Below the pieces are notes generated by a model, which was given only the letters and a program-made list of their open reading frames with translations, did not search any database and had not been told where the DNA came from. This document shows positions 48,329 to 58,009 of a stretch of 64,000 bases of DNA, piece by piece. Numbering within the stretch: the stretch's first letter is position 1; every line of letters begins with the position of its first letter. The stretch comes from Candidatus Staskawiczbacteria bacterium (GTDB lineage Bacteria > Patescibacteriota > Minisyncoccia > Minisyncoccales > Staskawiczbacteraceae): the NCBI GenBank assembly GCA_026395215.1, contig JAPLZC010000006.1:8081-72080 (forward strand), written 5' to 3'. The translations under genes were made by a program, and so were the position numbers.

Positions 48329-48796
48329 ATGAAGGTTATATTACTGCAAGACGTTGAAGGTCTTGGAAAAAAATACGAAGTAAAAGAAGTAAAAAATGGT
48401 CATGCCAGAAATCTTTTGTTGCCTGAGAAAAAGGCTAGGGCCGCAACAAAAGAAGCATTAAAATGGTTGGCTGATCAGAAAGGTGTTATAGAGAAGGAAG
48501 TTGAAGAAGATTTAAAGAAGGCGCAGGAATTGGCTTCACAATTAGATGGTTTAGAAGTAGGTATTACTGTAAAGGTTGGCGATGAAGGACAACTTTTTGA
48601 ATCAATTAATAGCCAGAAAATTGTTGAGAAATTAAAAGAGATGGGTTTTGAGGTCAAAAAATCTCAAGTTAAACTTGAAAGTCCCATAAAAGAAACAGGA
48701 GAATTCGCGGTAAGCATAAACCTAGATCATAATTTAGAAGCAGAAGTTAAGGTTGTAATAAGCGGAGAAAAATCAGAGGAAAAAATAGAAGAATAA
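48329..48796 (+). CDS. rplI: 50S ribosomal protein L9
   Basis: MKVILLQDV..LG, GHARN.LLP. Confidence 0.96.
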   Translation: MKVILLQDVEGLGKKYEVKEVKNGHARNLLLPEKKARAATKEALKWLADQKGVIEKEVEEDLKKAQELASQLDGLEVGITVKVGDEGQLFESINSQKIVEKLKEMGFEVKKSQVKLESPIKETGEFAVSINLDHNLEAEVKVVISGEKSEEKIEE

Positions 48797-48805
48797 AATT
48801 ATAAT

Positions 48806-50437
48806 ATGCCAACAAAATACATTTTCGTCACTGGGGGCGTAATGTCGGGGGTGGGCAAGGGTGTCGCAACAGCTTCAATAGCAAAGCTTCTCCAATCGCG
48901 CGGTTTTAGTGTCACTGCTATCAAAATTGATCCTTATGTCAATGTTGATGCCGGGACAATGAATCCAACCGAACATGGGGAAGTTTTTGTTTTGGACGAC
49001 GGAATGGAGTGCGACCAAGATATGGGAAATTACGAAAGATTTTTGGATGTAAGCCTTTCAAAGGCAAACTATATGACAACTGGAAGTATTTACCTTTCAG
49101 TTATACAAAAAGAGAGAAATCTTGAGTATAAAGGAAAGTGTGTTGAGGTTGTTCCACAAATTCCACTTGAAGTAATTAACAGAATTGATAATGCGGCCAA
49201 GGAAAGCAAAGCAGATATTGTTATGATAGAGGTTGGCGGGACAGTAGGGGAATATCAAAACGTTTTGTTTTTAGAAACAATCCGTATGCTTAAAATAAAG
49301 AAGCCAAAGGATGTTCTTTTGGCCTTGGTCAGCTTTATTCCCGTATTGGGCGCCGGTGGCACAGAGCTTAAAACAAAGCCTACACAGTATGCTGTGAGAA
49401 CATTAAACTCGGCAGGACTACAGCCGGATATAATTTTAGCTAGAGCCACAGTTCCGCTGGATGAAAAAAGAAAACAGACTATTTCACTAAATTGTAATAT
49501 AGATAAAGAATTTATTATTTCAGCACCAAATGTTGAGAGTATTTATGACGTACCTATTAATTTTGAAAAAGATAATTTTAGCGATAAAATTCTAAAGAAG
49601 CTTTCATTACGTTCAAAAACAAAAAATTTGCAGGAATGGAATACACTTGCTAATAGCATAAAGAATTTTACCGGAGAGGTAAAAATTGGGATAGTGGGAA
49701 AGTATTTTGGAAGCGGAGATTTTGTTTTAACCGACTCATATATTTCTGTTTTAGAGTCTGTAAAACACGCTGCGTATTCCTTGAAAAAGAAGCCGGTAAT
49801 AAGCTGGCTTGATGCAGATTCTTACGAATCTTCACCGGCAAAGTTAAGTGAACTGAAATCTTTTGACGGTATAATTGTTCCCGGCGGATTTGGAAACAGA
49901 GGAATAGAAGGCAAAATAAAAGCCATTGAGTATTGCAGAGTAAATAAAATTCCTTATTTTGGACTTTGCTATGGTATGCAATTAGCTTGTATAGAATTTG
50001 CCAGAAATGTGGCTGGGCTAAAAGATGCCAATACTACAGAAATAGACAGGAAAACTAAAAACCCCGTTATAGACTTAATGCCCGAGCAGAAAATTTTAAT
50101 CGAAGAAAAACGCTATGGCGGGTCTATGCGTCTTGGGGCTTATCCTTGTAAGTTAATAAAAGGGACTAATGCATTTAAAGCCTATGGCCAAGAAAATATT
50201 TCAGAAAGGCACAGGCATAGATTTGAATTTAATAATAATTACAGGGAAGTTTTATCCAGCAAGGGTTTAATAATTTCAGGAATAAATGCAGATAGAGACT
50301 TGGTGGAAATAGTGGAGATAAAAGACCACCCATTCTTTGTAGGCACACAGTTTCATCCGGAGTTTAAATCTAGGCCGTTAAAACCGCACCCATTGTTTAA
50401 GGAGTTTATAAAGGCGGCAATCAAGAAACACGCATAA
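48806..50437 (+). CDS. pyrG: CTP synthase
   Basis: KIDPY.NVDAGTMNP.EHGEVFV, KTKPTQ, GLCYGMQ, QFHPE. Confidence 0.97.
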   Translation: MPTKYIFVTGGVMSGVGKGVATASIAKLLQSRGFSVTAIKIDPYVNVDAGTMNPTEHGEVFVLDDGMECDQDMGNYERFLDVSLSKANYMTTGSIYLSVIQKERNLEYKGKCVEVVPQIPLEVINRIDNAAKESKADIVMIEVGGTVGEYQNVLFLETIRMLKIKKPKDVLLALVSFIPVLGAGGTELKTKPTQYAVRTLNSAGLQPDIILARATVPLDEKRKQTISLNCNIDKEFIISAPNVESIYDVPINFEKDNFSDKILKKLSLRSKTKNLQEWNTLANSIKNFTGEVKIGIVGKYFGSGDFVLTDSYISVLESVKHAAYSLKKKPVISWLDADSYESSPAKLSELKSFDGIIVPGGFGNRGIEGKIKAIEYCRVNKIPYFGLCYGMQLACIEFARNVAGLKDANTTEIDRKTKNPVIDLMPEQKILIEEKRYGGSMRLGAYPCKLIKGTNAFKAYGQENISERHRHRFEFNNNYREVLSSKGLIISGINADRDLVEIVEIKDHPFFVGTQFHPEFKSRPLKPHPLFKEFIKAAIKKHA

Positions 50438-50440
50438 CAA

Positions 50441-50475
50441 AAAAACCGTCCCGATGTAACGTCGGGGCGGTTTTT
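50441..50475. terminator. Bidirectional terminator between pyrG and rpmA
   Basis: AAAAACCGTCCCGATG..CGTCGGGGCGGTTTTT. Confidence 0.8.
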
Positions 50476-50480
50476 AATAA

Positions 50481-50789
50481 TTACTTTGTCTTTGCTACCT
50501 TGGCCTTTTCTACAGCAGGTATTACTGAAACAATCTTGGCAACTCTTGTTGCTCCGTTAAAAATCTTTTTGGATTTTGAGCCAAATTCTACCACACCATC
50601 CTTCATAGCGTAAATAGTGTTATCGGAACCCATTTTGACATTTTTGCCCAAAAGGTATTTTGTTCCGCGTTGTCTGACAATAATCATTCCAATTCTGACT
50701 TTTTCGCCGGCCGAAACTTTTATTCCAAGCCTTTGAGCAGCCGAATCTCTCCCTAGCCTAGATGAACCTCCTTGTTTAGATGTTGACAT
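50481..50789 (-). CDS. rpmA: 50S ribosomal protein L27
   Basis: GGSS..GRDS...[12 protein letters not shown]. Confidence 0.96.
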   Translation of the reverse strand: MSTSKQGGSSRLGRDSAAQRLGIKVSAGEKVRIGMIIVRQRGTKYLLGKNVKMGSDNTIYAMKDGVVEFGSKSKKIFNGATRVAKIVSVIPAVEKAKVAKTK

Positions 50790-50883
50790 GTGAATTTTTG
50801 AACGAAGTGAGAAAAATTCATCCCGAGCCAGTAGGCGAGGGAATGCCTTTCACGTTCTTTCTTAATTTTGTTATAATAATAGT

Positions 50884-51036
50884 ATGTTATCAGAAATAAG
50901 AGACTTTGTCAAAGTTCATTTTAGTGATATAATGCTATTTATAATAGTTGTGCTTTTGGTTATGCTAGCATTTGCTACAGGATACATAACCGCCAAGTAC
51001 CAAATAAAAACACCAATTACCATAGAACAAAAATAA
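50884..51036 (+). CDS. 50-aa single-TM protein upstream of uppS
   Basis: Read manually: MLSEIRDF...IMLFIIVVLLVMLAFATGY...; stop overlaps the uppS ATG. Confidence 0.65.
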   Translation: MLSEIRDFVKVHFSDIMLFIIVVLLVMLAFATGYITAKYQIKTPITIEQK

Positions 51037-51725
51037 TGACAAACAAAATACCAAATCATATAGTTTTATTTCCAGACGGCAACAGACGCTGGGCAAAGCA
51101 AAACGGATTAAAATCATTGGAAGGTCACAAAAAAGGTTACGAAAATCTCTTGGACTTTTCTGATTGGTGCAGAAATAAAGGCGTAAAAGTGCTCACGGCT
51201 TTTGGTTTTTCAACAGAAAACTGGAATAGAAGCGAAGAGGAAGTAAATTACTTAATGAAGCTTTTAGAAGGTTGTTTGGTGGATAATTTGGGCAGATATG
51301 AAAAAGATGGCGTTAGAGTCAGAGTAATAGGCCAAAAAGAGCGTTTACCAAAATCCTTACAGGAAGCAATTATAAAAGTAGAAGATTTAACAAAAAATAA
51401 TTCTAATTTGTTTTTAAATTTGGCAATAAGCTACGGTGGTAAGTGGGATATTTTAAACGCCGTAAAAAATATTGTAAAAGAGGGGATTAGCCCAGGTCAA
51501 ATTACTGAAGAAGTTATGGAATCTCATTTATCTACAGCCGGTTTGCCTTCACCAGACTTTATTATTCGCGCCGGCGGAGAAATGCGTATGTCCAACTTTG
51601 TCCTATGGCAATCCGCATACGCTGAACTATACTTTTCTCCAAAATACTGGCCAGAATTCACCGAACAAGACCTAGACATAGCTCTAACCGAATTCGACAA
51701 GCGCACCCGTAGATTCGGCAAATAA
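51036..51725 (+). CDS. uppS: Undecaprenyl diphosphate synthase
   Basis: DGNRRWA, FSTENW.R, R.SNF.LWQ..YAE, RRFG. Confidence 0.96.
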   Translation: MTNKIPNHIVLFPDGNRRWAKQNGLKSLEGHKKGYENLLDFSDWCRNKGVKVLTAFGFSTENWNRSEEEVNYLMKLLEGCLVDNLGRYEKDGVRVRVIGQKERLPKSLQEAIIKVEDLTKNNSNLFLNLAISYGGKWDILNAVKNIVKEGISPGQITEEVMESHLSTAGLPSPDFIIRAGGEMRMSNFVLWQSAYAELYFSPKYWPEFTEQDLDIALTEFDKRTRRFGK

Positions 51726-51758
51726 AAAAAACAGGGCCTTAGCCCTGTTTTTTAGTAG

Positions 51759-52253
51759 TTAGTTAGTTTTTGATAACGTCTTGGCCATATCTAACCATTT
51801 GGGTTCTCTTGGTTTATTTTTATATTTGGCAGAAGATTTGTGAATTTCTATTAGGGTGCAAATGTCGTTCTTTTTCCATTCGGCTAAATGTTTTCCTTTG
51901 TTTTTGTGGATTACCTCAACTCCTTTTGCCCAAAGCTCAAAATCTTTTTTCTTTTTATCTGACAAAAGATTTTTTTTGAAAAAGGGAACAACAATTCCGG
52001 CAATGTCATCAATTTTTTGCACAGAAAATCTTGCCTGGTCTTTTGATATATTAACTTCTCCACAAGCTAATTCTTTTTTAATTTTCTCTAAAACCTTAAC
52101 ATTGTCCTTTGGTCCTGTCACCACAAATTGCGCCTTCCACCTATAATAAGTAGGTGACCCAGTTCTTTCCCGCCTAACATCCTTCCTAAACTGCAAATCA
52201 AAACATCCATCCTGATTAGTTAATACTGCAACGTTAAATTTTTTTTCTGCCAT
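51759..52253 (-). CDS. Stand-alone LAGLIDADG-like protein with degenerate motif
   Basis: AVLTNQDGCF...L..IK..L.CG.V...IVVPFF...L...K..DF..W. Confidence 0.7.
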   Translation of the reverse strand: MAEKKFNVAVLTNQDGCFDLQFRKDVRRERTGSPTYYRWKAQFVVTGPKDNVKVLEKIKKELACGEVNISKDQARFSVQKIDDIAGIVVPFFKKNLLSDKKKKDFELWAKGVEVIHKNKGKHLAEWKKNDICTLIEIHKSSAKYKNKPREPKWLDMAKTLSKTN

Positions 52254-52549
52254 AAATTTTATTAATTATATTTTATTATATATCAATTGTGCGACAAAGT
52301 ACAAGCCCCAATTGCTTCGCCCGTCCGAAGCTCGTAGAGCGTAGGAGAATGCGACAAAATGTGAAAAATAAGAGAGAATTTTGGATAAAATGTCAAGCGG
52401 TAAAAAACGGAAAATTTGCTTGACTGGGGGGCGGGGACTGGTAAAATAGGGGGTATAGTATAATTAACATAAAAATACTATGCCAAAACCAGAATTTGCA
52501 CCAAAACCATAGTGCTCAAAAAAAGCCCCTCTCGGGGCTTTTTTGATTG

Positions 52550-53521
52550 TTATTTTTTGTCAGGGTCGGAGTGGAATTGGTGGTGGATGTCGCGTAACCT
52601 TTTGTTGGTTACGTGGGTGTAGATTTGGGTAGTGGCGATGTTGCTGTGGCCAAGAAATTCTTGGATACTGCGGAGGTCTACGCCTTGGTTTAGTAAATCA
52701 GTGGCGTAACTGTGGCGGAGGGTGTGTGGGGTGGTGAAAATTGGGACACCAGATAGTAAGGCATATTTTTTGACCATACGTTCTATTGAACGTGGTGTGA
52801 GTCTGGAGTCTTCATCGTCTTTTTTATCGCGAAAGTTTATAAACAAAGCTTTTTGATTGATGTGTTTAGAATCATTTCTTATTTCTAAATATTTTCTGAT
52901 GAAGTTTAGCGCGCGTTCAGAAAAATAAACAACTCTTGGTTTGCCACCTTTTCCAATAACTCCAAGTTCCATATCCTTTTTATCTTTTAAACTGTTGAAC
53001 TGTTCAAGGTTTAGGGCGGTGAGTTCGGCAATGCGCAAGCCGGTTGAGAAAAAGGCCTCTAAAATGGCTCGATCCCTAATACTTCCATCATCTTTTGGGT
53101 TTATTGAGGCTAAAAGCTTGCCAACTTGGTCTAGGTTAAGGAATTTGATGCTTTTTTGGCCTTTATCTGCCTTAGGAAGGACGATTTTTCCTGGGGGTAT
53201 CGAAGGCACGTCTTTGGATACAAAATACGCTAGAAAGCCTCTTAGAGCGACTAAATAGTAGTTCTGGGTGCCTTTGGACAACAATTTACCTGTTGCAGGG
53301 CTAGGAGTCCTAGAAAGGTAAACTCTATAGGCCCAAATATGCTCTGGAGTCAGTTGATGGGGAAGTAGAGAGCCCAATTTAGCCTCATCCATCCAATGGA
53401 AAAACTTTTCCAAATATTTTCTATAATTTTCCTGAGTATTTTTTCTTAAACCTTTTTCTATTTCACAATAATCTAAAAAGTCTTGAATATGTTCTTTAAT
53501 TGGTTTTGTTGAATTTTGCAT
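52550..53521 (-). CDS. XerC/XerD-family tyrosine recombinase
   Basis: RD.A..E..FSTGLRIAE, GKGGK.R, TPHTLRHSYAT, LGHS.I.TTQIY. Confidence 0.93.
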   Translation of the reverse strand: MQNSTKPIKEHIQDFLDYCEIEKGLRKNTQENYRKYLEKFFHWMDEAKLGSLLPHQLTPEHIWAYRVYLSRTPSPATGKLLSKGTQNYYLVALRGFLAYFVSKDVPSIPPGKIVLPKADKGQKSIKFLNLDQVGKLLASINPKDDGSIRDRAILEAFFSTGLRIAELTALNLEQFNSLKDKKDMELGVIGKGGKPRVVYFSERALNFIRKYLEIRNDSKHINQKALFINFRDKKDDEDSRLTPRSIERMVKKYALLSGVPIFTTPHTLRHSYATDLLNQGVDLRSIQEFLGHSNIATTQIYTHVTNKRLRDIHHQFHSDPDKK

Positions 53522-53671
53522 TGTTTTGAAGTTTCTTAAGAGGCCCCCTTATGGTACGCCTGTTTACCTACATTTTGCGACATACCTTATATCTATATAA
53601 TAGGCTCCCCTTGGGCCTTGGTCAACCCCCAAATATCCACAGGTACAAAAAAGACGATGTTTGGGTCGTCT

Positions 53672-54229
53672 TTATTGGCCGGTCGGACATTGGCAACTGC
53701 CAGAATTATTTTCTTTTCCTTGAATTGCATTAGAAATTCCGGAAATATAATTTTCAATATTATTTTTTGTGTCAGAAATTTTTTGTGTAGTTTGATTAAC
53801 CGAATTTTGTACAACCTCTCCCCCATTTTTGATGGTTTCACCCACTTTTTGAGATACCCCGGAAACCGCTTCTACGCCCTTGGCAACATAGTCTCCAATA
53901 CTAAGTGGACTGGCTGGTTTGATACCTGTAGTGTCAATTAATTGCTGTGAGGCGGCGTTAGTAGCACTGAATGCGTCGATAGTATTTGATGAATTAGTAT
54001 TTGATGAATTGCTAGATGCTGTGTCAGTCTTAGGTACAGTATCTGTTGAGGTTTTGGTATCTTCCGAATTAAGATTGTTTACCCCACCCAGTAAGCTGGC
54101 ACCAGCGTATTTTTGAATCATGGAAAGAATATTTTTAAAGACATCTCGTGAATACGCCTGCTGACTAAAAAACACAGCCACCAATATAACAATTATTATA
54201 ACTATATAAATTATTATTTTCTTATTCAT
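53672..54229 (-). CDS. Hypothetical membrane-anchored S/T/N-rich protein
   Basis: N-terminal TM; low complexity. Confidence 0.7.
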   Translation of the reverse strand: MNKKIIIYIVIIIVILVAVFFSQQAYSRDVFKNILSMIQKYAGASLLGGVNNLNSEDTKTSTDTVPKTDTASSNSSNTNSSNTIDAFSATNAASQQLIDTTGIKPASPLSIGDYVAKGVEAVSGVSQKVGETIKNGGEVVQNSVNQTTQKISDTKNNIENYISGISNAIQGKENNSGSCQCPTGQ

Positions 54230-55722
54230 GAAAGCATTTTGATGGCGTCGGAGATGCGTTTTAGGGTTTTTTCTTTGCCTAATATATTGGCTATTTCAAA
54301 CGGGCTTGGTGAGGTGCTTTTTCCAGATAATGCTACGCGTAATGGCCATAACATGTATCCTTTGTTTTTCTCCGGATAACCCTTTTCTATGTTAAATTTT
54401 TCAGATGCAGAAAACATTTCTGTTTCCAAACTTTTTAAAGTCCATTCTTTGACGTTAGATAATATTTTTTCTGAAAAAGCCAAGGAATCTTTTACTTCCC
54501 CACTTCCCATCTTTGCCCAGGTTAATAAATCTTTTTCATAAACAAGTTTGTCACCAAAAAAGAAATCAGATAAGCCAGCTATGTCAGATAATTTTTTCAT
54601 TCTGGTTTTTGATATTTCAACTATTTCTTGTAGCTTATTCTGTGAAATCTGTCCTTGGACCAAAAGTCCGGCCTCCTTAAGATATGGCACACAAAGTTCC
54701 GTAAGTTTTTCAATTGATTTTTCTCTAATATAAAGCCCGTTTAAAAAATCCAGTCTTTGTGTATTAAATACAGCTCCGGCTTTCTGCACCTTTTCTATGG
54801 AAAACTCTTTTATCAACTGCGCCAGCGTAAACATTTCTCGTTCTGTGCCAGGGTTCCAACCAAGTAAAACCATAAAGTTAATTAAAGCCTCAGGTAAATA
54901 GCCATTTTTGTGATAATCAGAAATAGCAACATCGCCTTGGCGCTTAGACATTTTGCTTCTATCCATGTTTAGCATTAAAGGTAAATGTGCATATATAGGT
55001 TGGTAAAATCCCAACGCTTCCTGAATTAATATTTGTCGCGGTGTGTTTGATAAATGCTCCTCTCCTCTTATTACGTGGCTTATTTGCATTAAAAAGTCAT
55101 CAACCACAACTGCAAAGTGATATAAAGGGCTGTTTAGGTCTTTGGCAATAACAACGTCCCCCAATAATCCGGTGTCAAACTCTACTTCTCCGCGGATTAA
55201 ATCATTAAATTTTACTTTTTTATTTTGTACTTTAAATCTTATTACGCAAGATTTATTTTCAGCGATGTTTTTGTTAATTTCGGCATCTGATAAATGTGCG
55301 CATTTGCCATCGTATTTAGGAGCCAATCCCCTGCTCATTTGCTCTTGGCGTTTATTTTCCAATTCTTCTTCCGTGCAGAAACAGAAATATGCTTTCTTTT
55401 CTTCCAGAAGTTGTTTTAAATATTTTTCGTAAATATCTAATCTTTGTGATTGCTTATATGGTTCACAATTTCCACCAATATCTGGCCCTTCATTCCACTC
55501 AATTCCCAACCATTTTAATTGCTCAATAACTTCATCGGTCCATCTTTGTTCTGACCTTTGAGTATCAGTATCTTCAATTCTTAGCAAAAAATCACCATTG
55601 TTTTGTTTCGCAAATAAGTAGTTAAACAAAGCTGTTCTTGCGGTTCCAATGTGCGCCGGTCCTGTTGGTGATGGTGCTATTCTGGTTCGTACTTTTTTAA
55701 TTTCTATTGTTTTTTTTGTCAT
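54226..55722 (-). CDS. gltX: Glutamate--tRNA ligase
   Basis: RIAPSPTG..HIG, RIEDTD, HVIRGEEH, KMSKR. Confidence 0.97.
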   Translation of the reverse strand: MTKKTIEIKKVRTRIAPSPTGPAHIGTARTALFNYLFAKQNNGDFLLRIEDTDTQRSEQRWTDEVIEQLKWLGIEWNEGPDIGGNCEPYKQSQRLDIYEKYLKQLLEEKKAYFCFCTEEELENKRQEQMSRGLAPKYDGKCAHLSDAEINKNIAENKSCVIRFKVQNKKVKFNDLIRGEVEFDTGLLGDVVIAKDLNSPLYHFAVVVDDFLMQISHVIRGEEHLSNTPRQILIQEALGFYQPIYAHLPLMLNMDRSKMSKRQGDVAISDYHKNGYLPEALINFMVLLGWNPGTEREMFTLAQLIKEFSIEKVQKAGAVFNTQRLDFLNGLYIREKSIEKLTELCVPYLKEAGLLVQGQISQNKLQEIVEISKTRMKKLSDIAGLSDFFFGDKLVYEKDLLTWAKMGSGEVKDSLAFSEKILSNVKEWTLKSLETEMFSASEKFNIEKGYPEKNKGYMLWPLRVALSGKSTSPSPFEIANILGKEKTLKRISDAIKMLS

Positions 55723-55726
55723 GTTT

Positions 55727-56863
55727 TTAGTCTAGCATTAAAAATTCTAAAATTTCGCGGGCAATTGCTCGGGCAGCCAGTGGTTTTGCAAAAGCTAAAG
55801 CTGCTTGTTTCATTTCTTCTAATCTTTCTGGGTGTAAAAATAATAATTGAACATTTTCTAGAAAGAAATTAGGAGTAAGGTTTTCTTGTTCAAAAACAAT
55901 TGCGGCTCCAGTCTCTGAATAAATATAGGCATTTTTAGACTGATGGTCGCCCGCTGCGCTTGGCAGAGGAATTAAAATGCTTGGCTTACCGTTTGCAGCA
56001 ATTTCAAAAATTGAGCCCGACCCCGAACGCGAAACAATAATGTCGGCGGCCTTGTACGCGTGTTTTAACTTTTCTTCGTTCAAATATCCAATTGGATGAT
56101 AATATATGTCCTCGCCCTTGTCCTCTACAACCTGAGCTTCAGCCGACTCTTCTTTTAAATTGGCTACGCCTGTGACATGGATTATTTCATAATCTCTTAA
56201 TAATTTTTCTAAAATAAGCAAAATAAAATCATTTATGGCTTCGGCTCCCTGCGACCCTCCAATCACTAAAATTATTGGCTTTGAAAGAGTTAAATTGAAA
56301 ATTTCTACGGCTCTCGCTTTGTCGCCTTCTATTACCTCTTTTCTTATTGGATTACCTGTTAAAATTATTTTTTCTTGGTCAAAATATTCTGTTTTTGGAA
56401 ATGAAACAAATATTTTCTTTGCCCATTTTGCGGTTGCCTGATTTGAAAGTCCCGGCACAACATCAGACTCGTGAATAAACACCGGAATTTTTAGAATTTT
56501 TGCTGCAAAAGTTACGGCAATAGACCCCGAACCTCCCTTACTAAAAACTAAATCTGGCCTGTTAATTAAAAGTAAGAAAAAGCTTTGGACAAAGCCAAAT
56601 GGGATTTTAAATAAAATATCAACAAAATTCTGCAGAGCAAAATATCTCCTTATTTTTCCAGATATAATTGTTTTTATAATAAAATCTTCCTGCGACAGCA
56701 AAGCCAGGCTGAAATCATCTTTAGGCCCAAGATAATAAAACTCCAGATCCCTGCCCGCCGATGAGGAGGGCTTATTTGGATAGATTCTTCGTATTTCTCT
56801 GGCAATGGCAACTAGCGGATAAACGTGTCCCCCAGTCCCCGCCCCCGTAAATAATATTTTCAT
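55727..56863 (-). CDS. murG: Lipid II GlcNAc transferase MurG
   Basis: GTGGHVYP, HES..PG, GNP.R, GGSQGA, DHQ..NA. Confidence 0.95.
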   Translation of the reverse strand: MKILFTGAGTGGHVYPLVAIAREIRRIYPNKPSSSAGRDLEFYYLGPKDDFSLALLSQEDFIIKTIISGKIRRYFALQNFVDILFKIPFGFVQSFFLLLINRPDLVFSKGGSGSIAVTFAAKILKIPVFIHESDVVPGLSNQATAKWAKKIFVSFPKTEYFDQEKIILTGNPIRKEVIEGDKARAVEIFNLTLSKPIILVIGGSQGAEAINDFILLILEKLLRDYEIIHVTGVANLKEESAEAQVVEDKGEDIYYHPIGYLNEEKLKHAYKAADIIVSRSGSGSIFEIAANGKPSILIPLPSAAGDHQSKNAYIYSETGAAIVFEQENLTPNFFLENVQLLFLHPERLEEMKQAALAFAKPLAARAIAREILEFLMLD

Positions 56864-56881
56864 ATACTTATAATAGCAAAA

Positions 56882-58009
56882 TTAAGTGTTTTTTGAAATA
56901 TTTAGTAAGAGGCCTACGCCAATTAGTTCAGCTAGTAGGTGCGAACCTCCGTAGGAGAAAAATGGCAGTGGAATACCGGCCAGAGGAAAAATTCCCGCAA
57001 CAGATGAAATATTTATAAATGCTTGAAGGGTTATCCAAAAAACAATTCCAATGGCAGTTAATTTTGAAAACCTGTCGTCTGAATTTTTGGCTATTTGTAG
57101 GCCAAGCCAAAAAAATAAAATAAATAATGCAATTAGAGCAATACATCCTAAAGCCCCAATTTCCTCTCCTATAATTCCAAAAATAGAGTCAGACATTGCT
57201 TGTGGTAAAAAGTTAAACTTTTGGACAGACATTCCTAGTCCATTGCCAAAAATTCCACCCGATCCTAAAGAAATTAACGACTGTCTAAGCTGGTATCCTG
57301 TGCCTAGCGGGTCGGCGTTTGGGTCTAAAAATATCAGCCAGCGTTGAAGTCTGTAGGCCTCAAATCTTACCATAAAAAGCAAAAGTCCCAGTCCTCCGGC
57401 AATTATTACAATGGTGTGCCAGACAGGAGTTTTTGCTGAAAAATACATGGCAAGTAAAGTAAGCGCAATAATTCCCAGTGTACTGGCATCTCGCTGAAAA
57501 TATAAAGCCACAAAAAGTAAACCTAAAAAAATCAAAAATGGGAAGAAAATATATACTACGTTGTGATAACCTTTTTTGGTGATGGCTTTCCAGTCTGAAG
57601 CATTTTCATCTGATAATTTTGAGGCAATCCACGCAGATAAATATAAAATAGCGGTAATTTTTAAAAATTCTGAAGGCTGTATTGTAAATCCTCCCAAATG
57701 AATCCACCTGCTTGCGCCGTAAATTTTCATTCCAATACCCGGCATGAAGACAATAAATAAGGCTGCAAAGTTAAGCAATACTAGTAATGGAGACCATTTT
57801 TTCAGCCATTTCAAGGAAATTTTATAGGCAATAATACCTCCGATAATTCCCGGCAACAGCCCAAAAAATAATTGATGGAATAGATAATAATTTGTATTGC
57901 CAAATCTCTGCAGAGATGCAGATGATGATAAACAGGCAAAAAACAAAAAACTAAAACCTAGCAAAAAAGTAACAACAAAAAATAAAAAATAATTGAACTT
58001 ACTCTCCAT
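56882..58009 (-). CDS. ftsW: SEDS protein FtsW
   Basis: GASRWI, QPSEFLK, GYQ..QS....GSGG, LPFFSYGGS. Confidence 0.93.
   Translation of the reverse strand: MESKFNYFLFFVVTFLLGFSFLFFACLSSSASLQRFGNTNYYLFHQLFFGLLPGIIGGIIAYKISLKWLKKWSPLLVLLNFAALFIVFMPGIGMKIYGASRWIHLGGFTIQPSEFLKITAILYLSAWIASKLSDENASDWKAITKKGYHNVVYIFFPFLIFLGLLFVALYFQRDASTLGIIALTLLAMYFSAKTPVWHTIVIIAGGLGLLLFMVRFEAYRLQRWLIFLDPNADPLGTGYQLRQSLISLGSGGIFGNGLGMSVQKFNFLPQAMSDSIFGIIGEEIGALGCIALIALFILFFWLGLQIAKNSDDRFSKLTAIGIVFWITLQAFINISSVAGIFPLAGIPLPFFSYGGSHLLAELIGVGLLLNISKNT

Noticed and set aside
51726..52300. Group I intron or intein hosting the LAGLIDADG ORF
   Set aside because: No interrupted host gene or splice motifs seen.
52550..53521. 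Recombinase as an integron integrase or phage integrase
   Set aside because: Xer-like length and motifs, no evident IntI insertion, no adjacent cassette array and no phage genes.
52254..53670. dif site or replication terminus near the Xer gene and strand switch
   Set aside because: TGCGACA motifs occur (also at 10111), but no convincing 11-6-11 dif; a whole-genome GC-skew analysis is needed.
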